Source: Hydrurus foetidus (taxonomy: Eukaryota). Taken from it: a DNA stretch of 64,000 nucleotides. Location of the stretch: positions 2,480,001-2,544,000 of the forward strand of contig UYFQ01000001.1 of the NCBI GenBank assembly GCA_900617105.1, given 5' to 3'. Below are positions 30,394 through 40,705 of the stretch, in pieces. The position numbers were made by a program, and so were the translations under genes. Position 1 is the stretch's first letter. Every line of letters starts with the position of its first letter. A model generated the notes under the pieces. That model was given only the letters and a program-made list of their open reading frames with translations. It was not told the origin of the DNA and did no database searches.

Positions 30394-31695
30394 ATGCCAA
30401 GTAACAAGAGTTTGAAAAGTAGCCTCCCATCAAAAAAACCGCGTATTGGCCTGGCACTGGCAGGCGGCGGACCGTTGGGCGCTATTTACGAAATCGGTGC
30501 GTTGTGTGCGCTTGAAGAGTCTTTAGACGGCGTGACGTTCACTGATCTGCATCACTATGTCGGCGTGTCGGCAGGCGGGTTTATTGCAGCAGGCCTGGCC
30601 AACGGCATGACGCCGCGCGAACTGTGCACGGCCTTTATTGAAACCGACGGCGCGCCATCGGAAGTGTTTGACCCGGCCTGGCTGATGGTGCCGGCCTATG
30701 GCGAATTTTTGCGGCGGGCCATCATGCTGCCCAGCCTGGCAGCGTCGGCACTGTGGCGCGCCACCTTTGGCGGCAAAACGCTGCTTAACGCGCTCGAAGC
30801 GCTCGGCCCTGCGCTGCCGACCGGCATTTTTTCAAACGATGAAATTGACGTGCGGCTAACCAAGTTCTTCAGCAAACCTGGCCGTACCAATGACTTTCGC
30901 AAACTCAAAGCCAAGCTGACGCTGGTGGCGACCCAGCTTGACAGTGGTGACGCCGCGCCGTTTGGCCAGCCTGGCTGGGATCACGTGCCGATTTCTAAAG
31001 CCGTGCAGGCCAGCTCCGCGCTGCCGGGCTTGTTTCCGCCGGTAGAAATCGACAACCAGTATTTTGTAGATGGCGCGCTGAAAAAAACCATGCACGCGGG
31101 CGTTGCGCTCGACGAAGGCATTGACCTCATGTTTTGCCTGAACCCGCTGGTGCCCTTTGACGCAACCCGCGTGCCACCGCTAAGCATGAACCAGCGGGTT
31201 ATGCGGCGCGGCTTGCCGCTTGATCGCCAGTTGATTCCGCGCATTGTGGATGGCGGCTTGCCCGCCGTAATGAGCCAGACCTTTCGCGCCATGATTCATT
31301 CACGCCTTGAGCTGGGCATGAAGCATTACGAAAACGCTTATCCGCAAACCGACATCGTGCTGTTTGAACCCGACCACCGCGATGCCGAGCTGTTTTTGGC
31401 CAACACCTTCAGCTACCGCCAGCGCCACCACATGGCCGAACACGCTTACCAAAGCACGCGGCAAATGCTGCGCTCGCGCAAAACGTCGCTGTCGGCCAAA
31501 TTGGCGCGCCACGGGGTGTCGCTTAACTTTGCTGTTCTGGACGACCCCAAGCGGCAGCTGGTCAAGCCCTTGCCGCACGCCACGCAAGTCGGCCGTGCAA
31601 TAGCTGCGCTGGAAGAGTCTATGGAAGACTTGAGCCGCACTATCAATCACTCTATTGGCTACCCGCTCAAGACGCCGCGGCTGCGCTTGGGCTAG
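30394..31695 (+). CDS. Patatin-like phospholipase/lipase
   Basis: GGGPLG oxyanion loop, GVSAG nucleophile, SSALPG, DGA. Confidence 0.9.
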   Translation: MPSNKSLKSSLPSKKPRIGLALAGGGPLGAIYEIGALCALEESLDGVTFTDLHHYVGVSAGGFIAAGLANGMTPRELCTAFIETDGAPSEVFDPAWLMVPAYGEFLRRAIMLPSLAASALWRATFGGKTLLNALEALGPALPTGIFSNDEIDVRLTKFFSKPGRTNDFRKLKAKLTLVATQLDSGDAAPFGQPGWDHVPISKAVQASSALPGLFPPVEIDNQYFVDGALKKTMHAGVALDEGIDLMFCLNPLVPFDATRVPPLSMNQRVMRRGLPLDRQLIPRIVDGGLPAVMSQTFRAMIHSRLELGMKHYENAYPQTDIVLFEPDHRDAELFLANTFSYRQRHHMAEHAYQSTRQMLRSRKTSLSAKLARHGVSLNFAVLDDPKRQLVKPLPHATQVGRAIAALEESMEDLSRTINHSIGYPLKTPRLRLG

Positions 31696-31787
31696 CCGCA
31701 GGGGTGGCGGACATCCCTAGTTACCGGCGCTGCCGCGCTCGGTTAGAGTGTGAACTTCAAGAGGGAGATGACTATGGTGAAAAGACT

Positions 31788-32447
31788 ATGGTGAAAAAAG
31801 CGCCACGCCGCACCGCTGAACGCATACTGGAAGTCACGCTAGAGCTGTTTAATCGCTTTGGCGAACCCAATGTATCGACCACGCTGATCTCTGCTGAGCT
31901 GTCTATCAGCCCCGGCAACCTCTACTACCACTACCCGGCCAAAGACGAGCTGATTAACTCGCTGTTTGACCGCTATGAAAAATCCCTCAGCGAGCTTTTA
32001 AACGCCAGCGACGGCGTGCGCAACGTGGAAGACGCCTGGTTTTTTATGCACACGCTGTTTGAGCTGATCTGGCAATACCGCTTTTTGTACCGCGATTTGA
32101 ACGACTTGCTGAGCAAAAACCGCCGGTTAGAAACGCATTTTCAGTGGGTACTGAAAAACAAAACCCGGTCGGTTAAAGCGCTGCTAGACGGCATGAGCCG
32201 CGCCGGAGCAGTCAAAATCGATTCGCGAGAGGTCGAGGCCACCGCGACCAGCATGGTGGTGGTGCTCACCTACTGGCTAAGCTATGAGTACGTGCGTGAC
32301 CCACGCAACGCGCTGGAGCCCGAAAACGCGCAAAAAGCCCTGCTGCGCGGCGCGCACCATGTGCTGAATTTGCTGGTGCCCTACCTTGAGCAAAGCCAGC
32401 GTGCGCACTTGCAAACGCTGGTCGGTGCATACAGTCACAATGATTAA
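31788..32447 (+). CDS. TetR-family regulator (PhaD-like)
   Basis: LFNRFGEPNVST..ISPGNLYYH, WQYRFLYRDL. Confidence 0.88.
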   Translation: MVKKAPRRTAERILEVTLELFNRFGEPNVSTTLISAELSISPGNLYYHYPAKDELINSLFDRYEKSLSELLNASDGVRNVEDAWFFMHTLFELIWQYRFLYRDLNDLLSKNRRLETHFQWVLKNKTRSVKALLDGMSRAGAVKIDSREVEATATSMVVVLTYWLSYEYVRDPRNALEPENAQKALLRGAHHVLNLLVPYLEQSQRAHLQTLVGAYSHND

Positions 32448-32540
32448 GTAGTATCGAGCTTAGAACTATTAATTAATATTCGCGAACTTTGTTGATTAAC
32501 ATTGCAATTTCAAAAACCAAAATAACGACCTGGAGACATC

Positions 32541-33314
32541 ATGGCTAAATGGACCGCTTTCCCCCACGCAGGCGACTACGCCTTCGACGCTGCCAGCCTT
32601 AAAAAGAGCTGGGCGCGCTTGCACCAAGGCGACTGCGAGCCGCTGCCCAAAGATGCGGCTGTGCTTAATGCCTGGGTGCTGTTTCACAACGGCGAATTTC
32701 AAAAAGCGCATGACGCAGGCGTCAAAGCCGGCGGCGACGGCATCACGGTGGCCAACAAATCAGCTGGCATTTACGCCAACTACCTAGAGACCAAAGAAAA
32801 AACCAAGCTCGACATGTTCATGGAAGTCGCCGCACGGGCTGAGGCGCAGCAAAAAGCCGACCCCAAAAACGCCAACGCGTTTTACTGGCAGGCGTACGCG
32901 CTGGGCCGTTACGGCCAGGGCATCAGCGTGGCCAAAGCGCTGGCGCAGGGCTTGGGCACCAAGGTCAAGCAGGCGCTGGAACAAGCCATTAAATTGCAGC
33001 CCAAACACGCTGACGCACACATTGCGCTGGCAGCTTTCCATGCTGAAGTGATCGACAAAGTCGGCTCGCTGATTGGCGGCATGACCTACGGCGCTAAAAA
33101 AGACGTCGGTTTGTCGCTGTTCAAAAAAGCGCTTGAGCTCAACCCCACTTCAGCCATTGCCATGATTGAGCACGCCAACGGCATGGTCATGTTGGAGGGC
33201 GACAAAAAAATGAAAGACGCCACCAAGCTGTACGAGCAAGCCGCCGTCAGCAAGCCGCTAGACGCCATGGAGCGGCTTGATGTGGAAATGGCCAAGGCTG
33301 AGCTGGAAGACTAA
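32541..33314 (+). CDS. Hypothetical TPR-like helical protein
   Basis: Good SD (GGAG), helical repeats (AYALGRYGQ, ALELNP), W..LH.GD.EP N-terminus. Confidence 0.75.
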   Translation: MAKWTAFPHAGDYAFDAASLKKSWARLHQGDCEPLPKDAAVLNAWVLFHNGEFQKAHDAGVKAGGDGITVANKSAGIYANYLETKEKTKLDMFMEVAARAEAQQKADPKNANAFYWQAYALGRYGQGISVAKALAQGLGTKVKQALEQAIKLQPKHADAHIALAAFHAEVIDKVGSLIGGMTYGAKKDVGLSLFKKALELNPTSAIAMIEHANGMVMLEGDKKMKDATKLYEQAAVSKPLDAMERLDVEMAKAELED

Positions 33315-33506
33315 ACCCGCCGGGTCAATGGGTTCGACCGAAAGCATTCAGCCGTTTTCGTTGCGCTACTATTTGTATAGCTGTTCGCGCCCATATTTGT
33401 TGGCCTAAACCCCAAAAAGATATTGATTTTGGGGCTAAAACAGGCTTAATTCGCCTTTATGGCGCCTGGCGTACGTTGAGCAGCCCGGGCCGATAAGATA
33501 AGCGCA

Positions 33507-35570
33507 ATGACAACGGCCAACCTTGCTCTGCCCCAAACCATTCGCGGCGCGTGCCCGCACGACTGCCCGGACACCTGCGCGCTGCTCACCACCGTAGAGG
33601 GCGGCGTTGCGATCAAAGTCAGCGGCAACCCAGATCACCCGCAAACAGCCGGCGTGCTGTGCAACAAGGTGTCGCGCTACACCGAGCGTACTTATCACCC
33701 GGAGCGTTTGCTAACCCCGCTCAAACGCAGCGGACCGAAAGGCTCTGGGCAATACGAGCCGGTCAGCTGGCAAGATGCGCTGGCTGACATTGCAGCTCGG
33801 CTCAAAACTATCGCTGCCATTGACCCGCAAGCTGTTCTGCCCTACAGCTACGCGGGCACGATGGGGCTGGTGCAGGGCGAAAGTATTTCCGCGCGGTTTT
33901 TTCACCAGTTGGGCGCGTCGCTGTTAGACCGCACCATTTGCTCAAGCGCAGGCGGTGAGGGTTTGGCACAAACGCTGGGCGGCAAAGTCGGCATGCGGGT
34001 CGAGTTTTTTGCGGAGTCCAAGCTGATCATTATTTGGGGCAGCAACTCGATTGGCAGCAACCTGCATTTTTGGCGCTACGCCATGCAGGCCAAGCGCGAC
34101 GGCGCCAAGCTGATTTGCATTGACCCGCGCAAAAGCGAAACCGCCGACAAATGCCACGAGCACATCGCCCTGCTGCCCGGCACAGATGCAGCTTTGGCAC
34201 TCAGCATGATGCATGAGCTGATCACGAACGATTGGCTTGACCACGACTATTTGGCCCAGAACACGCTCGGCTGGCCCGAGCTGAGGGCCAGGGCGCTTGA
34301 ATGGCCACCCGAGCGCGCCGCCGCCGTGTGCGGCATTGACGCGGCGCAAATCAAGAACCTGGCGCGCAGCTATGGGCAATGCATAGCCAACAAACAACCC
34401 GCCGCCATTCGGCTGAACTACGGCATGCAGCGCGTGCGCGGCGGCGGCAATGCCACGCGTGCCGTAGCTTGCTTGCCCGCGCTCATCGGCGCGTGGCGGC
34501 ACCGCGCCGGTGGGCTGTTAATGAGCAGTTCTGGCCAGTTCCCCATCAACAAAGCCGCGCTGCAGCGGCCGGATTTGCTCGGCCAAAACCTGCCGCGCAC
34601 GATCAATATGTCCACGATTGGCGATGCGCTGCTGGCTGAAACATCCAGCGGCTTTGGCCCAAAAATCGAGGCGCTGATTGTCTACAACAGCAACCCCGTG
34701 GCCGTGGCGCCCGATTCGAGCAAAGTAGTGGCGGGCTTTGCGCGCGACGATTTATTTACCGTGGTGCTGGAGCATTTTCAAACCGACACCGCCGACTACG
34801 CCGACTATATTTTGCCGGCCACCACGCAGTTAGAGCACTGGGACATTCACACCTCTTACGGCCACACCGACGTGCTGCTCAACCGCCCGGCAATTGCGCC
34901 ACTGGGCCAGGCAAAACCTAATTCGCAAATATTTCGGGAACTGGCGGCGCACATGGGGCTTAGCGACCCGTGTTTTACGGACACTGACGAGCAACTTTGC
35001 CAAACCGCGTTTGAAGGCAAAGTCGATTTTGCAAAACTGCTGGCCAAAGGTTTTGCTACCTTGAGCCTGCCAGATGCACCTTTTGCGCAAGGCAACTTTC
35101 CCACCGCTTCAGGCAAGTGCGAATTTTTCAGCCAGCGCTTGGCAAGCTGCGGGCAAGATGGCCTGCCGCAGCATGTGCCCAACTATGAAACGCCCGGCAG
35201 CTCAGCGCTGTACCCGCTGGCCATGATCTCGCCGCCAGCGCGCAATTTTCTAAATTCCACTTTCGTCAACGTCAAAAGCCTGCGCGACATTGAGACTGAA
35301 CCGGTGCTTGAAATACATGCAACAGACGCTGCTGTGCGCGGCATATCGAACGGCACGGTGGTCAACGTATTCAACCAGCGCGGCAGTTACCGCGTCAAAG
35401 CGAGCGTCTCAGACCGCGCGCGGCCGGGCGTGGTCAACGGCATGGGCATTTGGTGGCGCAAGTTGGGCCTTGGTGGCACCAACGTCAATGAAGTCACCAG
35501 CCAGCAGCTGACCGACATGGGGCGCGGCCCGGTGTTTTACGACTGTTTGGTTGAGGTAAGCCTGGCATGA
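33507..35570 (+). CDS. Molybdopterin oxidoreductase family protein
   Basis: CPHDCPDTC Fe-S motif, LCNK, DTADYADYILPA, C-terminal molydopterin-binding domain. Confidence 0.9.
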   Translation: MTTANLALPQTIRGACPHDCPDTCALLTTVEGGVAIKVSGNPDHPQTAGVLCNKVSRYTERTYHPERLLTPLKRSGPKGSGQYEPVSWQDALADIAARLKTIAAIDPQAVLPYSYAGTMGLVQGESISARFFHQLGASLLDRTICSSAGGEGLAQTLGGKVGMRVEFFAESKLIIIWGSNSIGSNLHFWRYAMQAKRDGAKLICIDPRKSETADKCHEHIALLPGTDAALALSMMHELITNDWLDHDYLAQNTLGWPELRARALEWPPERAAAVCGIDAAQIKNLARSYGQCIANKQPAAIRLNYGMQRVRGGGNATRAVACLPALIGAWRHRAGGLLMSSSGQFPINKAALQRPDLLGQNLPRTINMSTIGDALLAETSSGFGPKIEALIVYNSNPVAVAPDSSKVVAGFARDDLFTVVLEHFQTDTADYADYILPATTQLEHWDIHTSYGHTDVLLNRPAIAPLGQAKPNSQIFRELAAHMGLSDPCFTDTDEQLCQTAFEGKVDFAKLLAKGFATLSLPDAPFAQGNFPTASGKCEFFSQRLASCGQDGLPQHVPNYETPGSSALYPLAMISPPARNFLNSTFVNVKSLRDIETEPVLEIHATDAAVRGISNGTVVNVFNQRGSYRVKASVSDRARPGVVNGMGIWWRKLGLGGTNVNEVTSQQLTDMGRGPVFYDCLVEVSLA

Positions 35571-36649
35571 GAATGCTGATCAGGCTGCTGGCACTTGTTG
35601 CGTTTTTCCTGCTCTCGGGCTGCGGCACCGTCGGCTATTACTGGCAGTCGGTCAACGGCCATATGCAAATGCTGAGTGCAGCGCGGCCCGTGGCCGACGT
35701 GCTGCAAGATGCGCAAACGCCCGCCGCGCTTAAAACGCGGCTTGAGCTCAGCCAGCGCCTTCGCAGCTTTGCAGCGCTTGAACTCAAGCTGCCCGACAAC
35801 CCCAGCTACAAGCGCTACGCTGATTTAAAGCGGCCATCGGTGGTGTGGAATGTGGTGGCCGCGCCCGAGTTTTCGCTAACCCTTAAAACCTGGTGCTTTG
35901 CGGCGGTCGGCTGCGTGGGCTACCGGGGTTATTTTGACGAGCAGCAGGCGCGGGCAGAGGCAGACAAGTTAGCCAAAGAAGGCTTTGAAGTCAGCGTGTA
36001 CGGCGTGCCTGCGTACTCAACGCTGGGCAAGCTAAGTTGGCTGGGCGCGTTTGGAAGCGACCCGCTGCTCAGCACTTTCATCAACTACCCTGAAGGCGAA
36101 TTGGCCAAACTCATCTTTCATGAGCTGGCCCACCAAGTGGCTTACGCCCAAGACGACACCACGTTTAATGAATCTTTTGCCACAGCGGTTGAGCGCATCG
36201 GCAGCCGAAGCTGGTTGGCGCAGCAGGCCAATCCGCAGACGCAAGCCAGCCAAGCCGCTTTTGACAAACGCCGCCAGCAGTTCAGGGGGCTGATACAAGA
36301 CACGCGCCGCGAATTAGGCCAAATTTATGCATTAAACAGCCCTGTAGACCAAGAAGTACGGGCGCAAGCAGCTACTAAAATAATAGCTATGACGAAGTTT
36401 AAAAACAGCTACCAAGACCTTAAAAACAGCTGGGGAAGCGGCGTGAATGCCACCGGCTTTGACGCCTGGGTAGCCAATGCCAACAACGCCAGCTTTGGCG
36501 CGCAGGCGGCGTACGACGAGCTGGTGCCGGGTTTTGAAGCGCTGTTTGAGCGCGAGCAACGCGACTGGCAACGGTTTTATGATGCAGTCAAACAACTGGC
36601 TACGCAGACCAAAGAGCAGCGCCGCCTGGCGTTAAAAATCGAGCAATAA
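35567..36649 (+). CDS. Putative zinc aminopeptidase lipoprotein (DUF2265-like)
   Basis: Lipobox LSGC, AYSTLG, HELAH, FNESFA. Confidence 0.85.
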   Translation: MRMLIRLLALVAFFLLSGCGTVGYYWQSVNGHMQMLSAARPVADVLQDAQTPAALKTRLELSQRLRSFAALELKLPDNPSYKRYADLKRPSVVWNVVAAPEFSLTLKTWCFAAVGCVGYRGYFDEQQARAEADKLAKEGFEVSVYGVPAYSTLGKLSWLGAFGSDPLLSTFINYPEGELAKLIFHELAHQVAYAQDDTTFNESFATAVERIGSRSWLAQQANPQTQASQAAFDKRRQQFRGLIQDTRRELGQIYALNSPVDQEVRAQAATKIIAMTKFKNSYQDLKNSWGSGVNATGFDAWVANANNASFGAQAAYDELVPGFEALFEREQRDWQRFYDAVKQLATQTKEQRRLALKIEQ

Positions 36650-36664
36650 GGAGGCACCCCGAGC

Positions 36665-37006
36665 ATGGCAGACATCAACATCACGCGCGCCCACGGCATG
36701 AGCTTTGGCGACGCCCGCAAAGCCGCTTTCAAGTGGGCCGAGCAGGCCGAGGCTAAATTTGACATGGAATGCACCTACGAAGAAGGCCAAACCAGTGATG
36801 AATGCGGCTTCACGCGCTCGGGGGTTTCGGGCACTTTGACGGTGGATAAAGACACGTTTGAGCTGCATGCCAAGCTGGGCTTTTTGCTCGGCGCTTTCAA
36901 AGACAAAATTGAAGGCGAGATCGTGAAAAATCTGGATGCGTTGATTGCTAAAAAAGAACCCGCAGCTAAAAAAGCCGTGGTGAAAAAAGCCGTTAAAAAG
37001 GCTTGA
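36665..37006 (+). CDS. Polyhydroxyalkanoic-acid-system family protein (PHA_gran_rgn)
   Basis: I.R.H N-terminus, FTRSGVSG, KLGFLL..FK..IE.EI..NLD. Confidence 0.8.
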   Translation: MADINITRAHGMSFGDARKAAFKWAEQAEAKFDMECTYEEGQTSDECGFTRSGVSGTLTVDKDTFELHAKLGFLLGAFKDKIEGEIVKNLDALIAKKEPAAKKAVVKKAVKKA

Positions 37007-37010
37007 CCAA

Positions 37011-38261
37011 GTGCTGTCAACTTCCGCTGGCGGCCCGCTTGCCGGCCTAAAAGTCATTGAGCTAGGCCAATTAATTGCCGGGCCGTTTGCCGCCAAAACG
37101 CTGGCCGATTTTGGTGCGGATGTCATCAAAATCGAAACCTTAGAGACCGGCGACCCGCTGCGCAAATGGCGGCTGCTCAAAGACGGCACGTCGGTGTGGT
37201 GGCAAGTGCAGTCGCGCAACAAGCGCTCGGTGGCACTGGATTTAAAGCAGCCCGATGCACAAGACATTGTGCGCAAACTGGCCTTGGATGCAGATGTGCT
37301 GATTGAAAACTTTCGCCCCGGCGCCATGGAGCAATGGGGCTTGGGGCCCGATGAGTTGATCAAACTCAACCCGCGGCTGATTGTGCTGCGCATCAGCGGC
37401 TATGGGCAAACTGGCCCGTACCGCGACCGCCCCGGCTTTGGCGTGGTGGCCGAAGCCATGGGCGGCCTGCGCCACTTGACGGCTGAGCCCGGCCGTGTGC
37501 CCGTGCGCGTAGGCGTGAGTATTGGCGACACGCTGGCCGCGCTGCATGGCGTGATTGGCATTTTGCTGGCGCTGCACCACCGCAATGCCCACGTTAGCCC
37601 GGACGCACCCCACGGCCGCGGCCAAATCATTGACGTGGCGCTGTACGAAGCGGTGTTTAACTGCATGGAAAGCCTGCTGCCTGAATACGATGCCTTCGGT
37701 GCAGTGCGCCAGGCTGGCGGCAGCGCCCTGCCCGGCATTGCGCCGAGCAATGCCTATTTGTGCAGCGATGGTGGCTATGCGCTGGTTGCTGGAAATGGCG
37801 ACAGTATCTACAAGCGCCTGATGAAAACCATTGGTCGAGAAGATTTAGGCAACGACCCGCAATTGAAAGACAACGCCGGACGTGCGGCAAGGGTCGATGA
37901 AATTGACACCGCCATTGGCCAGTGGACGGCACAGCGCACGGTAGCCGATGTGTTGGCCGCGCTTGATGCGGCGTCTGTTCCGGCTGGCCGCATTTACACC
38001 ATTGCCGACATTGCCAGCGACCCGCACTACGCGGCGCGCGGCATGATTGAGCGCATGACCGTGCTTGACGGCAGCACGTTGGCGGTGCCCGGCATTGTGC
38101 CCAAGCTGTCGCTTACGCCCGGCAGCCACTACCGCAGCGCACCCGAGTTAGGGCAAGACACCGACGCAGTACTGCTCGGCATGGGCTTGAGTGATGCGCA
38201 AATTGCCGACCTGAAAAGCCGGGGCATTGTGCAAGGTGCAAACGGTGCGCATACTAGCTGA
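37011..38261 (+). CDS. CaiB/BaiF family CoA transferase
   Basis: LADFGADVIKIE, RNKRS, ENFRPG, SGYGQTGP. Confidence 0.93.
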   Translation: MLSTSAGGPLAGLKVIELGQLIAGPFAAKTLADFGADVIKIETLETGDPLRKWRLLKDGTSVWWQVQSRNKRSVALDLKQPDAQDIVRKLALDADVLIENFRPGAMEQWGLGPDELIKLNPRLIVLRISGYGQTGPYRDRPGFGVVAEAMGGLRHLTAEPGRVPVRVGVSIGDTLAALHGVIGILLALHHRNAHVSPDAPHGRGQIIDVALYEAVFNCMESLLPEYDAFGAVRQAGGSALPGIAPSNAYLCSDGGYALVAGNGDSIYKRLMKTIGREDLGNDPQLKDNAGRAARVDEIDTAIGQWTAQRTVADVLAALDAASVPAGRIYTIADIASDPHYAARGMIERMTVLDGSTLAVPGIVPKLSLTPGSHYRSAPELGQDTDAVLLGMGLSDAQIADLKSRGIVQGANGAHTS

Positions 38262-38404
38262 CAGGGCAGCCAGGCCGGCGCAGCGCTTTTGTTCACGATT
38301 AAAATTCACCACCAAAATGTGCTACTAAATTAATAGCTGCTCGCGCCCGTATTTATTTGGCTACAGGCCGATTAGTATCGTAAAAATGGCCTCTTTTAGA
38401 CGAT

Positions 38405-38659
38405 TTAGCTCAGCTCAGTGATCAAATCAATGTACTGTTGCTTGGCGTCGTCTTGCGCGGTACCCTTCAGCTTGGCCCAAGCGTCCCACTTGGCGCGCGC
38501 CACCATGTCGCCAAAGCCTGGTTTTTTCTCTTCGTTGTCGCCGGTGCTGCCCTGTTTGTACAGCGCGTAAATTTTAAGCAGCGTCGCGTTGTCAGGGCGC
38601 TCGGTGAGGTTTTTTGAATCAAGCATGGCTTTGTCAAAAGCGGCGGTGAGATCGGACAT
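38405..38659 (-). CDS. Acyl-CoA-binding protein (ACBP)
   Basis: LLKIYALYKQG..GD, AKWDAW, A..QYI. Confidence 0.92.
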   Translation of the reverse strand: MSDLTAAFDKAMLDSKNLTERPDNATLLKIYALYKQGSTGDNEEKKPGFGDMVARAKWDAWAKLKGTAQDDAKQQYIDLITELS

Positions 38660-38812
38660 AACAGGTGCTCCTTTTTTAAAAATGACGCCCCGGCGACGCG
38701 CCCGGGCTAGAACCCAGCTGAACTGGGGTTGTGCCCAGTATCTTAGCCACCTCATTGCCTGCAAAATACCGCAATAACCCGGCACCAAGCCGAACACTGG
38801 AGCGCATCCCCC

Positions 38813-40423
38813 ATGGTTACTCGCACGCAAGCTGCCGCAGGGCGCATTAAAACTGGCAAAACAGTCGCCCAAGATATGGCGCTAGATGCCGCCGCCAGTG
38901 TTCAAAAAAACGTCAAACGGGCAGTGGCGGGCACGCTCGGTTTGATGGGCGAGCGCATGACCAAGGTCGACACCGCCTGGCTGCGCATGGACTGCGACGC
39001 CAATTTAATGATGATCATTGGCGTGTGGCAACTGGCCCCCGGCATCAAGCACGCGGCGGTGTGCGAGCGCTTGGAAGGCACGCTGCTTAAGTACAACCGA
39101 TTTAAGCAGCGCGTGATAGAAGACGCGGCCGGTGCTACCTGGGTGACTGACCGCAAGTTCGACATTGCCAACCACGTGCTGGTTGAAAAGCTGCCTAAAC
39201 CCGCTAACGGCCACGACCAACAAGCCGCGCTACAAGACCGCGTGGCCGCGCTGGCCACGCAAAAGCTCGACCCCAAGCGCCCACTTTGGCAAATGCATTT
39301 AATCGAGGACTATGTGGGCCCCGACGGCGTGAAAGGCAGCGCGCTGATTGTGCGCATTCACCACTGCATTGCTGACGGCATTGCGCTGATATCGGTCACC
39401 ATGTCGCTGGTAGATGGCGGCACTGCACCGCCCGAGCGACGCAAAAAAGACGAAGCCGCACAGGGCGCTGAAGACTGGCTAACTGACATGTTTAGGGACA
39501 CGCTGCTAAAACCATTCACCGACATTACCGTGAAAGCACTGCGCGCAGTCGGTGAAGGCGCGGCGCGCTCGCTGGGCATGCTCGAACACTTGGGCGAACC
39601 CAAAAAGGGCGCGCAAAAAGGCGTGGGCGCGTCTATGGATATGGCCAAAGTCATGCTGCAGGTCATCAAAGATTCTGCCGCGCTGGCGCTGATGCCAAAC
39701 GACTCGCCCACCCGGCTCAAAGGCAAACCCGGCGGCAGCAAAAAAGTGGCCTGGTGCCAGCCGATTCCACTTGAAGAAGTCAAAGCCGTGGGCAAGGCGC
39801 TGAACTGCTCGATCAACGACGTGTTGCTGAGCTGCGTGGCTGGGGCGCTGGGCGAGTATTTAAAGTCGTTTGGCGACGACGTGAGCGGCCAGGAAATTCG
39901 TGCGATGGTGCCGGTTAATTTACGCCCACCTGCCCACGAGGGCGGCAAGGCCCACCAGCTAGGCAATCGGTTTGGGCTGGTGCCGCTGGTGCTGCCGATT
40001 GGCGTTGAAAACCCAATCGAGCGGGTGTACGAAGTCAGAAGGCGCATGGCCGCACTCAAGGGCAGCTACCAGCCGCTGCTGGCCTTCAGTTTGCTGGCAG
40101 TGGCCGGGCTGCTCATTAAACCTGCGCAAGACATGATGCTGAACGTGTTCGCCAAAAAAACCACGGCCGTGATGACCAACGTGCCCGGCCCGCGAGACAA
40201 GCTCAAGTTTTGCGGCAGTACGCTGGAGCAAAGCATGTTTTGGGTGCCGCAGTCTGGCGACGTGGGCTTGGGCGTGTCGATTTTGAGCTACGGCGGCGGC
40301 GTGCAGTTTGGCGTGATTACCGACAGCTTGCTGTGCCCCGAGCCGCAAAAAATAATTGACGAATTTGTACCTGAATTCGCCAAGCTGTCGCTGGTGACGC
40401 TGATGTTGCCCTGGGGTGAGTAA
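38813..40423 (+). CDS. Wax ester synthase / diacylglycerol acyltransferase
   Basis: HHCIADG catalytic motif, RPLW, INDV, PVNLR, TNVPGP. Confidence 0.93.
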   Translation: MVTRTQAAAGRIKTGKTVAQDMALDAAASVQKNVKRAVAGTLGLMGERMTKVDTAWLRMDCDANLMMIIGVWQLAPGIKHAAVCERLEGTLLKYNRFKQRVIEDAAGATWVTDRKFDIANHVLVEKLPKPANGHDQQAALQDRVAALATQKLDPKRPLWQMHLIEDYVGPDGVKGSALIVRIHHCIADGIALISVTMSLVDGGTAPPERRKKDEAAQGAEDWLTDMFRDTLLKPFTDITVKALRAVGEGAARSLGMLEHLGEPKKGAQKGVGASMDMAKVMLQVIKDSAALALMPNDSPTRLKGKPGGSKKVAWCQPIPLEEVKAVGKALNCSINDVLLSCVAGALGEYLKSFGDDVSGQEIRAMVPVNLRPPAHEGGKAHQLGNRFGLVPLVLPIGVENPIERVYEVRRRMAALKGSYQPLLAFSLLAVAGLLIKPAQDMMLNVFAKKTTAVMTNVPGPRDKLKFCGSTLEQSMFWVPQSGDVGLGVSILSYGGGVQFGVITDSLLCPEPQKIIDEFVPEFAKLSLVTLMLPWGE

Positions 40424-40499
40424 AAGCACTAGTAATTCGGCTGGCGTTTATGCCGGCAAAAAATCTGACGGAATTTTTTAACGCTCGCAACAAAATCTT

Positions 40500-40516
40500 T
40501 GCAAAACTGCTTTGCC
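40500..40516. promoter_or_regulatory. Putative LysR-type operator (copy before the PYP-like gene)
   Basis: TGCAAAACTGCTTTGCC, similar to 42548-42564 and 44504-44520. Confidence 0.4.
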
Positions 40517-40705
40517 TGAACAATGACGTGAATTCGTTCACTGTTTCAGTTTGAGCATTTAAGCTAGGCAAGACGTTTAGTTTTTTATCCTTCAACAGGC
40601 TGGGCGGTGGGCTGCAGTGCATCGCTTGTCGTTTGACGATAGCGTTCAAAACCAAAGTTCCTCCGCGTTTGCCTGCAAGATTCGCTAACCCAAGTTGGTC
40701 ACCTC

